DNA of 64,000 nucleotides from Anaeramoeba ignava BMAN (lineage: Eukaryota; Protista; Anaeramoebae): positions 1-64,000 of the forward strand of contig JAPDFW010000146.1 of NCBI GenBank assembly GCA_028826165.1, in the 5' to 3' direction. The notes beneath the pieces were generated by a model. That model saw nothing but the letters and a program-made list of their open reading frames with translations. It searched no databases and was not told the DNA's origin. Shown here in pieces: positions 34,201 through 48,698 of this stretch. Position 1 is the stretch's first letter. Each line of letters opens with the position of its first letter. Both the position numbers and the translations under genes were made by a program.

Positions 34201-37200
34201 TGAAATATTTTGAGGATTTTGTATTTGTTCTTCTTTTTGTGCTTTTTCAATTATGTTTGTGGGGTTTGTAATGATGTTTTTCTTATTTTTATTTTGGCTC
34301 TGTTTCTTCTTTTTATTGGAACGAAAATACTGCCAAAATTTTAATTTTGATGGTTTATTAGTTGTTTTTTGTTCGTTTTCTCGATTTGTTTTTTTTATAT
34401 TTGATGTATTTTGATTTTGATTTTGATTTTGATTTTGGTTTTGGTTTTGATTTTGATTTTGATTTTGATTTTGATTTTGATTTTGATTTTGATTTTGATT
34501 TTGATTTTGATTAATTTCATTTTCAAAATTATTTGATTCTTTTTTATCTTGATTAGGAAATAATTTTTTCACAATTTTCGGTTTTGATTCTGAAAATGAT
34601 TTGTTTTGTTGAATTGGTGGTCTTGTTATTTTTTTTGAATTTTCTGTTTGTGGAACTTCTAAAGATGGATTTTGAAAGTTTGAATTAAGTAAATTTTGGT
34701 TGCTGGTATATGGATGAAGAAATTGAAAAGGGTCAGATTCCTTTTTTTTTTGTTTTTTAAAATTTGAATTTAAATAATTTGAATTGAATTTAAATAATTT
34801 GAATTTAAATTGAATTTGAATTAAATTTGAATTAAATAATTTGAATTAAATAATTTGAATTAAATAATTTGAATTAAATAGTTTAAAACTTGAATTTAAT
34901 AATTTGAATTTAAATTGAATTTGAATTTGAATCTAAATAATTTAAATTAAATAATTTGAATTAAATTAAATAACTTGAATTAAATAATTTGAATTAAATA
35001 ATTTGAATTTAAATAATTTGAATTAAATAAATTGAATTTGAATTTGAATCTGAATTTGAATCTAAATAATTTAAATTAAATTTGAATTAAATAATTTGAA
35101 TTGAATTAAATAATTTGAATTTGAATTTAATTTAAATAATTTGAATTTGAATTTGAATTTGAAAATGAATTTGAAAATAATTTGAATTTAAATTAATTTA
35201 ATTTTGAATTTAATTTATTTAAATTTGAATTAAATAATTTGAATTAAATAATTTTGAATTGAATTAAATAATTTGAATTTGAATTTAAATAATTTTAATT
35301 TGAATCTAAATAATTTGAATCTAAATAATTTAAATTAAATTTGAATTGAATTAAATAATTTGAATCTAAATAATTTGAATTTAAATAATTTGAATTTGAA
35401 TTGAATTTAAATAATTTGAATTTAAATAATTTGAATTAAATAATTTGAATTTAAATAAATTGAATTTGAATTAAATAATTTGAATTTAATAATTTGAATT
35501 AAATAATTTGAATCTAAATAATTTGAATTAAATTAAATAATTTGAATTAAATAATTTGAATTTAAATAATTTGAATTTGAATTTGAATTTGAATCTGAAT
35601 TTGAATCTAAATAATTTAAATTAAATTTGAATTGAATTAAATAATTTGAATTTAAATAATTTGAATTTGAATAATTTGAATTAAATAATTTAAATAATTT
35701 GAATTTGAATAATTTGAATTGAATTTGAATTTGAATTCAATAGTTTAAAACTTGAATTTAATAATTTGAATTTAAATAATTTGAATTTAAATAATTTGAA
35801 TTTGAATTTGAATTTGAATAACTTCAATAATTTAAATTTAAAACTTGAATTCAATAGTTTAAAACTTGAATTTAAATTGAATTTGAATTTAATAAATACT
35901 TTGTGTTCAATAAGTCTCGAAACTCTTGAAATTGTAAATAAAAGTCTTGAAGCAATTTTTCTTGAATCTTCATATTTTTTCAAAAATTCAAAAATTCTTT
36001 GAATCTCGTCAGTAAAATTTCTACACATTCCACCATTCAAATCATCAGGATTTGTAGAAACCATTATATCAGCAATTGATTGAAGTTTAAGTAATCCTTG
36101 AATTCTTGGATTTGCTTCAAGATCTAAATAATAATCATCATTTTTAATTTGTTTATCTTTTTCATTCATTGAAACAATTTCAAATTTTTCTTGATCTTCA
36201 CTATTTTTAATACAATGTCTTATTTCTTGTGATAAATTTTCTAGTTGTTTATCACAAAGCATTTTTTGTTGTCTTAATCTTTCTTTTAAATCTAAATCTT
36301 CAGTTAAAATACTTCTTGCTGTTAAATCAACATGATCTTCCTTTTTTTTGTTTTGTTTCTTTCGAGAATTTTTTTGAGAACGTTTTGATTTAGAAGCTTT
36401 TTTATTTTTGTTTATATTATTTGCAAATTAGATTATTTTGTTTTTTGAATAATTTTAGAGAAAAGAATATATTACATTTTTTTTCTTCTTTTTCTTTATC
36501 TTCTTTATCTTCTTTGTCTTCTTTATCTTTATCTTTATCTTCTTTATCTTCTTTATCTTCTTTTTCTTTATGTTTATGTTTATGTTTATGTTTATGCTTA
36601 TGTTTATGCTTATTATCATTTAAATTTTGATTTTCATTTTGATTATCATTTTGAATTTGAATTTGATTTTCATTTTGATTTTCATTTTGATTTTCAATTT
36701 GATTATGATTTTCATTTTCATTTGGATTTTCATTTGATTTTCATTTTCATTTTGAATTGGATTTTCATTTTCATTTTGATTTTCAATTTGATTTTCAATT
36801 TGATTTGGATTTAAATTTTCATTTTGATTTAAATTTTCATTTTGATTTTCATTTTGATTTTCATTTTCATTTTCATTTTCATTTTCATTTTCATTTTCAT
36901 TTTTATTTTCAATTTGAATTTCATTTTCAATTTGATTTTCATTTTCATTTGGATTTAAATTTTCATTTTCATTTTGATTTTGAATTTCATTTTGATTTTG
37001 ATTTTGATTTTCATTTTGATTTTCATTTTGATTTTCATTTTCATTTTCATTTTGATTTTCTTTTTCATTTTCATTTTCATTTTCATTTTCATTTTCATTT
37101 TCATTTTGATTTTCATTTGGATTTAAATTTTCTTTTTGATTTTGATTTTGATTTTCAATTTGATTTTGATTTTCATTTTGATTTTCATTTTGATTTTGAT

Positions 37201-37357
37201 TTTCATTTTCATTTTCATTTTTATTTTCATTTGGATTTAAATTTTCTTTTTCTTTTTCTTTTTCTTTTTCATTTTCATTATTTTCTTTTTCTTTAAGAAA
37301 ATTATCAACATTAGTTGAATCAATTTGTTTTTTAAGAAATTTTGGTAAACTTGTCAT
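31217..37357 (-). CDS. AGC Ser/Thr kinase, IRE/Greatwall(MASTL)/Rim15 type, multi-exon
   Basis: PSIKQFEFLKMISRGAYG|RVYLA, HRDLKPDN, DFGLS + long insert + GSPDYLAPE, and DTHYF. Upstream are a zinc finger CRMCEK...EEHSKYC and FGKRLEKI, as in plant IRE kinases. The NQ/NE-rich first exon has a frameshift at ~36735. Confidence 0.88.
34760..35890. repeat. Intronic TTTGAATTAAATAA-type repeat
   Basis: Fills kinase intron 34741-35899. Confidence 0.9.
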
Positions 37358-37496
37358 TGATTTTAATTTTAATATTAATTTTTATTAAAAAAAGAAAATA
37401 AAAAAATAAAAAAATGAAAATTAAAAAAAGAAAAAAAAATTTTTCATTAATTGAAAAAAAAAAAGAAGAAAAGAAGAAAAGAAGAAAAGAAAGAAT

Positions 37497-40400
37497 TTAA
37501 TCACTATCAGTATCCTTATTCTGATTATTATCATTATCAATTTCATTTTGATTTTGATTTTGATTTTGATTTTGATTTTGATTTTGATTTTGATTTTCAT
37601 TTTGATTTTGATTTTGATTTTGATTTTGATTTTGATTTTCATTTTCATTTTGATTTTCTTTATCATCTTTTTCATCAAATGTTTGCATAAATTTCTCCCA
37701 TAAACTAACAACATTTCTTTGGAAAGCATGTTGAGACATAGCATAATCCATCAATAAATTTGAGAAATCCTGAGTAATATTTTCCTCAAAAACCTTAATT
37801 TCATTAGTTAAAATAGCACTTGATTTTGAATAAGAATTTCGAATTTCCTCCAAATTTTTCTCTGTTTTAATCAAATCATCCTGTGCCTTCTGTTCCTTAC
37901 TACCTTGCCCGGCCAATTTTTGGTATTTTGTTTTCTTTGATTCGTAATCCTTATTGGTTTTGAGATATTGAGTGAATATTTTCTCATAATGTTGATAAGA
38001 AGGTTTGCAACCATGAATTTGAGTTGAATATTCTTTAATCGGTTCTTCAATTGTGATTGTTTCTTGGTTTGCCTTTTCCTGGAAGATCTCTGAGATTTCG
38101 CCAAAAGTTTGATTCAAAGCCTTCCAAAACGGTTGTGGAGAGTCTGTCTGGAATTTTCCTACAACATCATTGATATGATTTGGGAAATTCTTATAGACGT
38201 CTGAAAGGGAAGATTTGATTGCAATTAAATCTGACATGATTTTTGTCAGTTTTTCAGTTGATTTCTCAAGATTTGACAGCTCCTTTCTTTTCTGGTTGAT
38301 ATACTCAGCATCGCTTTCTGTGTGTTCGTTTAGATATATTGTCAAACTATCTTCCAATTCAGTGTTTTTTTCTTGCATTGATTTCTTCTTGTTTTTCTTT
38401 TGTTTTTGAAGAACCTCTGAGGATTCAATTTGGAAGAATAAACGGAAACTTCGTGTTTGACAAAGAACATCGTGATTTGCTATTCTGTTCAAAAATCTTT
38501 CCAATGCTCTTCGTCGATATTCAACAAACTCATCTTTGAATCGATTCCGAACTTGTTTTGTCGGTGCTGAAGGAATTATAAAATCTGGGATCTCTTCGAC
38601 TAACGATTGCTGCAGCCAGTCGAAGTCTTTGTATCTTCTTTTGATTGTTTCTGAGGTTCCTGTCGAAGTTGTTCTAAAGCTTATTGAATATTCTGTGTGT
38701 TGATTCCGTCCTTTCCCAACCTTTGTTGGCTTCGATACTGAGATATCGAAATATGGTCCTTTGTTTTCTGTGTTTTTTTTCGGTTCATTTAGGAAAGACT
38801 GAAGTAGTTCCTTTTTCTTGTTTTGTGTCTCCTTTTCTTCTTCTTTATTTTCTTTGCTTTTTTTTGGTTCTTCTTTTTTTTTCGAATTTTTTTCTTTTGT
38901 TTTTTTGTCTTCTTTTTCCTTTTTGTTTTTTCTTCCAAAATGCAAAAAGGATTTTTTTTTCTTTTGTTTTGTTTCAGTTTCTTGTTTTTTTGCTTTTTCT
39001 GTTTCTTTTGTTTCTTTTGTTTCTTTTTGCTTTTCTGTTGATTTTTTTTCATTTTCATTTTTATTTTTGTTTTTTGTTTGATTTTGTTGTTTTTCATTTT
39101 CTGTATCCATTTTCATATTTTCTTCTTTTTTTTGGCCTTTTTTATGTTTTTTTTGTTCTCCTTCTTTTTCTGTTGTTTCTGTTTTTTTTTTTCTTCGAAT
39201 TTTTTTTATTCTTCTTTTTTTCGGTTTTGTTTTTTTTGAAGAATCATGTTCATCATTTTCTTCCAAACTAACACTATGTAATTCTTCTGTTTGTTTTGGA
39301 ATTGGTTCTTTTTTTGGTTCTTTTTTTGATTCTTTTTCTGATTCTGATTCTGATTCTGATTTTGATTTTGATTTTGATTTTGATTTTGATTTTGATTTTG
39401 ATTTTGATTTTGATTTTGATTTTGATTTTGATTTTGATTTTGATTTTGATTTTGATTTTGATTTTGATTTCTTTTCAATTTCTTTTGATTTTGAATATAT
39501 ATCTCCTTTTTGAATTCCTTCTTTGATTTTAGATTCCAAACCTTGTTTTTCTGTTGGTTGTTTAGCTTGGCTAAAAAATAAATGGAAAATATTTAATTTA
39601 TATTTAATTTAATTTTTATATTTTATTTTTTTTACAAATTGGAAAGTTCTCTATAACATTCAGATAAATATGTTATCATTGATAATCTTTCAGGATTCAT
39701 CAAAACAAGATCTTCAGCATCAAGAAGACGAGCAATTCCAAAATGTTCTTCTGCTAAATCAAAAGCCAAATTTAAATTTCCTATTTTATCATTCTAAAAA
39801 TTAAAATTAAAATTAAAAATTAAAATTAAAATTAAAATTAAAATTAAAATTAAATTCAAAATTAAATTCAAAATTAAAATTAAAATTAAAATTAAAATTA
39901 AAATTAAAATTAAAATTCATTTATAAAATTAAAATTAAAATTAAAATTAAAATTAAAATTAAAATTAAAATTAATATGAAAATTAAAATTAAAAATTAAA
40001 ATTAAAATTAATATTAAAATTAAAATTAAAATTAATATTAAAATTAAAATTTAAAATTCATTTATAAAATTAAAAATTAAAATTAAAATTTTACAGGATC
40101 TAATTTATCAAAATCAAATAAACTTGGATCGTGACGATGAATTAATGCACAAAATGCTAATCCATCTCTCCAACTTTTATATAATTTTTGAATTGGGAAA
40201 AAAAATGTGAAAAATTTTTTTTTGAAATAAATCTTTTTTTTTTTTGAATAAAATTACCTTGAAGTAAAATCTTTTACATTCACATTTTTATATCCTTGTG
40301 TCATTTGTTTACACCAAAATAAAATGGCATCTTTTCCAGTTAATTTTTTTGGTTTCTAAAATAAATAAATAAATAATAAATAAATAATAAATAAAAAGCA

Positions 40401-40781
40401 AAAAAAAATTTTTTTCTTTTTTAATTTTTTTTTTTCAAACTGAAATTTGATTCATTTGTTTTGGTTGTTGTTTTTCAACAAAATTATTTGATTTCTTTTG
40501 ATTTGACTTATTAATTTGAGGAGAAAAATCACCATCCAAAAGTGAAATTTGTTTATTTTGAACTCCTTGTGATTTAGAAGGTTTATTTGATTGATTTTGT
40601 TTTGAAGTGTCAATATCATCTTCAAAACTAATTAATAAATCAGACTAAATTATAATTTTTTTTTAATAAATAATAAATAACAAATAATAAATAATTTTTT
40701 TAATAAATTGAAAGAATGAATAAATAATTGTGTATTTTTTTTGTTTTTGTTTTTATTTTTAGATAAAACCTTTTGAGCCAT
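37497..40781 (-). CDS. CH domain + charged linker + PX-BAR sorting nexin (6 exons)
   Basis: Exons splice in frame: MAQK|[10 protein letters not shown]...|[32 protein letters not shown]|[15 protein letters not shown]|[28 protein letters not shown]...|QAKQ, running into ORF 37497-39539. That ORF has PX motifs ([24 protein letters not shown]) and a helical BAR-like C-terminus. Confidence 0.85.
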
Positions 40782-40966
40782 TAATTAGAAAAAAAGAAAA
40801 AAATGAAAATAAAAAATAAAAAATGAAAAATTAAAAAATTATTTTATTAAAAAACAAATCTTACTTTAACACTCATTAATTTTTTGTCAACTAAATTAAT
40901 GGAACATCTTTTTTTTTTATATCAATTAATATTATTCAAACAAAAAACAAAAAAAAAACAAATTGA

Positions 40967-43900
40967 TTAAAATTTCCCTTTTTGTTTTTCACAATCACGA
41001 GACATTACCATTAATTTTGCGAATGTAATGATAGGAAATTTTGAAATATAATTTTGAATTGAAGGAACAGCTTGAAAGTTAAAAGGAAATCTTTGGAAAA
41101 TTGATATTGAATCAACAAGTTTGAATTGAGCAACAAATTTTTCAATTTTGATCCGATTTTGATCATCAAGAAATTGAGAAGAATTTTCCATTTTTTTGAT
41201 ATCATTAAAAAAATGTTGAAGATAAGGAACACAAGGAGGAACCATTTCTTTATAACGGTCTTTGTATTGAGATTTTAAAGAAAGTTCATTGAGTTCGGAT
41301 TTCAAATCATTTAATATTTTGCGGTGTTGTTTGCCAATACTCGATAAAGTTTTTTTCAAACGAAGAATTGCTTCATGATCCAAGGCATCAAGAATTTGGG
41401 ACAAAGTTGCGAAATTTTTCATTTTGCGGCAGTGATACGCAATTGTGATGATGCTTTTGATACATCTTGATCTTTTTTTGAGTTTTGAATTCTTGATAAT
41501 TTGGAAAACAATCCAAGTGACGAAACTATCATAATGTTTGTGATACAATAAAATATTTCCAATTTCTTTTTCCTGGATTTTCTCGGTTGTTTCGTGAATA
41601 GCCCATTTGTAAAACTCAATAGAAGTTATTTTGACAGAAGTAAGAGAACTCAATCAAAGTTAATTGCCTTGCGATTTCTTGAGGATCATTTTCAAACAGA
41701 ATTTCGTTTTGAAACTTTGATTTTTTATTTAGAATAATTGGTTGTGGAATCTGTGGGAAGAGATCATCCATAAAACTGGGGATTATCAAAGGGATCCACA
41801 ACCCAAGTCTCGTGCCAAGGCTTGTGTTTGAGTGTTACAAACCCGTTCATCACGAGACAATAGTAATGCCATCCTTCGTTATTTGATTTGATATCATTAT
41901 CAATGATTTCTTTGATTTCGTTGTCCAATACCCACGAGTCGTACCAATTTGGGTTTTGTTTTTTCACTAAATCTTTTGTTGTTTCTTCAATTTCATTCTG
42001 TTTGTAATCCTTCAACTGGTCTAATAAAGCGTATTTTATTGTTAATACTTCTTTTTCATATATTTTCTCGTTTTTGATCACAAATTGTTTTAATAATTCG
42101 AAAAGTTTGTTTTTCTGAAAGATATTGTCTTCTTTCGAAGTTTTCTTGATTTGGCTTTTCACTTTGTGGAATGTTTTCCTATTCCATGTGACTGCTGATA
42201 ATTTGCTTTGTGCTTTGTGGGCATTTGTATCAAAATCCAAAATGGAAACAGTTTTCTCATTTTTAATATTGGATTGCTTTGTTACTTGTTGAAGAGAAGA
42301 TTTATGTTGTAATTCTTCAGTATTTTTAGTGATTAAATTACCGATAGATAATATTTTTGGAAGTTTCTTTGTAGAAGATGTTATTTTTTGATTTTGATTT
42401 TGATTTTGATTTTGATTTTGATTTTGATTTTGATTTTTATTCTCGTTTTTGATTTTTTCAATTTTTTGATCGACTTGCTCTGATTTTTCCATTTCCTTTT
42501 TCAATTCAAAACTCTTTCTTGTTTTTCTTCTTGATGAACTTCTTCTTCTTGCCATATGAAAATCTGTTTTGTGATCTAGCAAATGATCAGCTTGCTCGTT
42601 ATAAATGGCCTCAAATTCGTCTGAATGGTAAATACGTTTTTCGTCTTGACTTTTGTATTTAGTGATCCAATCACTGATGATTTTGATTTTTTGATGGTAT
42701 TTATTCAGCTCAAACCACGGTAACTCATTCAATGTGTTCCAGTTGAAAATTGGAGTATTCGGGCAATTTGATGGGTTTTCCTTTTGGAAATCGGCAAAAA
42801 CTTCATATATCCATATCACAACCATAATTGCAATTCTCACACGAATAAATTTCTGTTTGTTTTGTGTGTTGGCTTCAAAAAAAATGCATGAATCAAGAAA
42901 GTTCTGTGAGTTTTCAAAAACATCAATCAATTTGGATAAAAACTGTTTTTTTGACATGAAGTTTCTGACAAGCCAAATAAAATAGACGCACAATTGATAA
43001 TCAAATTGGGCTCCAGTCAGAAATCTTTCAAGAAGCTTATCGAACGTGCCGTCGATGATTTTGGGGAATTTTTGTCCAGGAAAATACTTGACCCGAATGA
43101 GTTCCGAATCTAACAAAACTTGTTGACATTGTTGGAACCCTTTTTCCTTTGCAAGTTCAAGAGGGGTTAAATCATCGTAATCCTTCAGGTTTTTATTGGC
43201 TCCATATTCTATCAAAACTTTCAAGAATTTCGGGTCATTTTGAAGCACTGATTCGTGAAGAACTGAATGTCCTGTGAAATAGTCGAGTTGTTCAATATCT
43301 GCTAATTTGTTTAATAAAAGAGTGAATGATTTCAAGTTTCGACTTGCAACAGCAGCAATAATTGGGTTTGAATACATATTATTTAAAAAACTAAATGATT
43401 TGCATAATTCTTGATGTATTATTTTCTGTGATTTTTCTTCAAGGTTCATTTTTTCTTCAATTTCCTTTTCTTTTTTTTTCAGAAAATTGATTAGATTTGG
43501 TGAATCAACGTTTGCTCCTTCGTCTAGTAATTGTTGGAATGTTGTTTCGTTGAAAAAATAGATTGAATTTATTAATGCAAAATCAATTGCGAGAAATAGG
43601 AATTCAAATTCTTGTTTTAATGAAATGAGTTTTAATGTTGTTCGACTTTTTAAGTCTCTTTTAAAAATATCTGCATTTCGATCCAAAAGAAGGAGGAATA
43701 TGTTAAGATTTTTTTGTTTTGCTGCGATATGTAAAGGCTAACAACAGATTTTATAAAATAATTTTATATTTAATTTTATAAAATAATTTTATTAATAATT
43801 TAATATATAATTTTATAAATAATTTTATAAATAATTTTATGAATAATTTTATAAATAATTTTATATTTAATTTAATAAATAATTTTATATTTAATTTTAT

Positions 43901-45916
43901 ATTTAATTTAATAAATAATTTTATAAATAATTTTATAAATAATTTTATAAATAATTTAATAAATAATTTTATATTTAATTTTATATTTAATTTTATATTT
44001 AATTTTATAAATAATTTTATATTTAATTTTATAAATAATTTTATAAATAATTTAATAAATAATTTTATAATTAATTTTATATATAATTTTATAAATAATT
44101 TTATAAATAATTTTATAAATAATTTTATATTTTATAAATAATTTTATATTTTATAAATAATATTATATTTAATTTTAAATTTCGACAAACAGTTCTTCCT
44201 TTATCATCTTGTATTTCAGTATTTGCTTTATTATTTAAAAGTAATTGAGTCATTTGCAAATCAGAATTCATAACTGAAAAATGAAGTGCACAACTTCCAG
44301 AATCTATTCTTGTATTAATTGAGGCTTTTTGTTGAAGAAGAAATTTAACAGTATTTAATTTTTTATTTTTTGTTGCTAAATGCAAACAAGTAAATCCATC
44401 ATTATCTTGTACATCAATATTAGCTCCAGCTCGAAGCAAAATTGAACAACAATCATTGTATCCATAAAATGCTGCAAAATGTAATGAATTCCATCCATTT
44501 GCTCGTGTTTCTTTTACTGATACCCCATGTTCTATTAATAATGAAATTATATTCGGATTTCCATTTTTTGCTGCAATCATCATTGGTGTTTCATCAACAT
44601 TAATTGACTATTTATTATTATATTTAATTTTATATTTAATTTTATATTTAATTTTATATATTTAATTTTATATTTAATTTTATATTTAATTTTATATTTA
44701 ATATTATATTTAATTTTATATTTAATTTTATATTTAATTTTATATTTAATTTTATATTTAATTTTATATTTAATTTTATATTTAATTTTATATTTAATTT
44801 TATATTTAATATTATATTTATATATTTTAATATTATTTTATTTTATATATTTATATTTAATTTTTATATATTTAATTTTATTTTAATTTTATATTTTTAT
44901 ATTTAATATTATATTTAATTTTATATTTAATATTATATTTAATTTTATATTTAATATTATATATTTAATTTTATATTTAATTTTTATATTTTAATTTTAT
45001 ATTTAATTTTATATTTAATATTATATTTAATTTTATATTTAATATTATATTTAATTTTATATTTAATTTTATATTTAATATTATATTTAATTTTATATTT
45101 AATTTTATATTTAATTATTATATTTAATTTTATATTTAATTTTATATTTAATATTATATTTAATATTATATTTAATTTTATATTTAATATTATATTTAAT
45201 TTTATATTTAATTTTATATTTTATATTTAATTTTATATTTAATATTATATTTAATTTTATATTTATTTTTATATTTAATATTATATTTAATATTATATTT
45301 AATTTTATATTTAATATTATATTTAATATTATATTTAATATTATATTTAATTTTATATTTAATTTTATATTTAATTTTATATTTAATTTTATATTTAATA
45401 TTTAAATTTAGTTGTAAATGTTTCGCAAAAAACAACCAAAGAAAAAAAAGAAGAAAATACTTTAATTTTAGCACCAAAATCAAGTAAAGTTTGCAAGCAA
45501 TTATGGAAACCGAATCTACAGACATAATGAATAGGGGAAAGACCAATATCATTTTCACAATCAGGATCAGCACCTTTTTGAAGCAATTGTTTGCACAATT
45601 CTGAAAGACCTCTTTGGGAAGCAATATGAAGAGGGGTCCAACCCATTTCGTTTTTTGAATTAGTATTCATTCTGTAAGATAAAAGCACTTTTTGACAGTT
45701 GATATCGGGAAAATTACTTAAGCAACTGTAATGCAATGCTGTGTCGCCTGTTATGCTTTTTGTATGCAATAAATCCCGTTTTATTGCCGTTGATCTTAAT
45801 GCGGCCGTTATGATTTCTGAATCGGATTTCATACTCGCTTCCCAAAGAATTGGATTGCTTATTTCACTCACAAATTGTTTGCTTCCTTTTGTTAAGGTTT
45901 TGTTTTTTTTCCACAT
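40967..45916 (-). CDS. Ankyrin-repeat RasGEF (REM + CDC25 domain), 3 exons, two frameshifts
   Basis: Ankyrin motifs, with introns at 44608-45460 and 43738-44190 (GRT|PLHIAA). REM-like IIDGTFDKLLERF. CDC25 motifs DPQEIARQLTLIE, NFATLSQI..AL...ILRLKKT and PPCVPYL. Confidence 0.88.
43750..45400. repeat. Two intronic 12-bp AT-only arrays (TAATTTTATAAA; TTTAATTTTATA) either side of an ankyrin exon
   Basis: Directly visible at ~43750-44170 and ~44620-45400. Confidence 0.9.
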
Positions 45917-46419
45917 TTTTGTTTTTTGTTTTTTTTTTGTTTTGTGATTTGATTGTAAAAAAAAAAAAAGAACTAAAAAAATGATTTTTTTTTTTTCGAT
46001 CTTAAATTAAAAAAAATTTTTTCAAAAGATTTTATTTTTTTATTTAATTTGATTTTTAATTTGATTTTTAAATTGATTTTTAATTTGATTTTTTTAAGAA
46101 TTTTAGATTGAATTTTAAATTGAATTTTTAATTTGAATTTTGCCTTTTTTTTTGCTTTTAATTAAAAATTTTTTGTTTTAATTTGAATTTGGAATTTATT
46201 TTTAAAAAAGAAAAAAAAATTAAAAAATCGAATTTCTTTTTTGAATCAATCAAATTTTATTAACAAATCCAAAATAAAAAATTAGATTTGAAATTAGATT
46301 TGAATTTGAAATTAGATTTGAATTTGAATTTGAAATTGAATTTGAAATTAGATTTGAATTTGAATTTGAAATTAAAATTAGATTTGAAATTGAATTTGAA
46401 ATTAGATTTGAATTTGAAA

Positions 46420-48698
46420 TCATTTTTTTTGAGTGACTTGACCAAGTTCATCCAAAATTTCTTGTGGAACCAAAACCAAAGAAGAACTTGAGGATGATTT
46501 CAAAGCATTTGTTAAAGCTCTTAAATATTGAACTGTGATCAAATAATCTGTTGCTTTAACATTCGATTGTTTAATTGCTTCTCTAATAGCAGTAACAGAT
46601 CTTGCTTCAGCTTTAGAAATTAAAATTTTGGATTCTGCAAGACCTTTTGCTTGTTGAATTTGTGAAGTTCTTGATCCTTCAGCAAGTAAAACAATCTATA
46701 AAAAATTTATAAATTAATTTTTTTTTTGTTCCACTTTTTTTTTTATAAAAAAAATTTGTTTCGTTTTTACTTTTGCTGCTGTTCCTCTTGAACGAATAAT
46801 TTCACTTTCTCTTTCTCCATCTGCAAGTAAGATTGTTGCTCTTCTTTCTCTTTCTTCTCGAATTTGATATTCCATAGCTGACAGTATATCATTTGGTGGT
46901 GAAATATTAAATACTTCACATCGATGAATAATAATTCCCCATCGATTTGCATCTCTTTCAATTTGTTGTTTTAATTCAATCTTTTCAAATTTTAATTTTA
47001 ATTTTAATTTTGATTTTGATTTTGATTTTGATTTTGATTTTGATTTTGATTTTGATTTTGAATTTGATTTTGATTTTGATTTTGATTTTGATTTTGATTT
47101 TGATTTTGATTTTGATTTTGATTTTGATTTTGATTTTGATTTTGATTTTGATTTTGATTTTGATTTTGATTTTGATTTTGATTTTGATTTTGAATTTTGA
47201 ATTTTGGATTTTAATATTCATTTTGAATTTGATTTTAATATTAATTTTGATTTTGAATTTGATTTTTTTAATTTACATTAATTAATTCACGAGAAGAAAA
47301 AGATTCATCTAATGTTAAATGAGCCATAATATTCCTTAAACTTGTTTGAGTAAGTAATTCAATTGCATCTGGTAAATTTTGAATTGCATAAACTGCTAAT
47401 TTTGGATCATTAATTTGATAATACTAATTTTGTTTTGAACAAAATAAAATTGATGAAATTTAAAATCATTTTAAAAAAGGAAATATTTGGATAAATAATA
47501 AAAAATAACTAAATTTACAACTAAGGCATCAATTTTAATTGAAACATTATCTCGACTAATAACAGGCTGACTTCCAAATACAATCACATCTAAATTTTGA
47601 ATTTGAATTTGAATTTGATTTTGATTTTGATTTTGAATTTGAATTTGAATTTGAATTTGATTTTGGTTTTGATTTTGATTTTGATTTTGATTTTTGAATT
47701 TGATTTTGATTTTGATTTTGAATTTGATTTTGATTTTGATTTTGATTTTGATTTAAATTTGAATTTTCATTTAAATTTTGATTTTGATTTTGAAATTTGA
47801 TTTTGATTTTGATTTTGAATTTTGATTTTCATTTTCATTTTGATTTTGATTTTGATTTTGATTTTGATTTTGATTTTGATTTTGATTTTGATTTTGATTT
47901 TGATTTTGATTTTGATTTTGATTTTGATTTTGATTTTGATTTTGATTTTGATTTTGATTTTGATTTTGATTTGATTTTGAATTTGATTTTTTTGATTTTG
48001 ATTTTGATTTTGATTTTGATTTTGATTTTGATTTTGATTTTGATTTTGATTTTGATTTTGATTTTGATTTTTGAATTTTAATTTTGATTTTGATTTTGAT
48101 TTTGATTTTGATTTTGATTTTGATTTTGATTTTGATTTGATTTTGATTTTGATTTTGATTTTGATTTTGATTTTGATTTTGATTTTGATTTTGATTTTGA
48201 TTTTGATTTTGATTTTGATTTTGATTTTGATTTTGAATTTGATTTTGATTTTGATTTTGATTTTGATTTTGATTTTGATTTTGATTTTGATTTTGATTTT
48301 GATTTTGATTTTAATTTTGATTTTAATTTTGATTTTAATTTTGATTTTGATTTTGATTTTGATTTTGATTTTGATTTTGATTATTAAAATGATTCCAAAA
48401 AAACAAAACAAATACGTTCTCTCATATCAACTCTATCAGTTTGTTCACGAACAATAACAGAGTAATTATTAGAAGTAGTAGGATATCTCCAATGAATTTT
48501 TCTTGGAGAATCAATAAAAGGAACAAGAAGATGAGCACCAGGAAGTAAAGTTTTCTTATATTTTCCCCATCTTTCCAAAATCATAACTTCAGAATGTCTT
48601 ACAACTCTACAACATTTTGCAACCATAATCCAAATCACCAGTAATACAATAAAAAGTGCTACATATCCTCCAACCCAAGCGCCTATTGGATCTGACAT
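46420..48698 (-). CDS. SPFH/band-7 stomatin-like protein (SLP-2/QmcA type), 5 exons
   Basis: N-terminal TM segment, then ILERWGKY...PGAHLLVPFID, QPVISRDNVSIKIDA, QTSLRNIMAHLTLDESFSSRELIN, RWGI...ERERRATILLADG. All junctions are GT-AG and in frame; stop is TGA at 46420. Confidence 0.92.
46985..48385. repeat. (GATTTT)n hexamer arrays in SPFH introns 46981-47276 and 47590-48415
   Basis: Long near-perfect runs are visible. Confidence 0.95.

Noticed and set aside
46985-48385. (TTTTGA)n as interstitial telomeric repeat next to the Rap1-like gene
   Set aside because: It has no G-run, and the same hexamer occurs throughout coding regions. Adjacency is probably coincidental.
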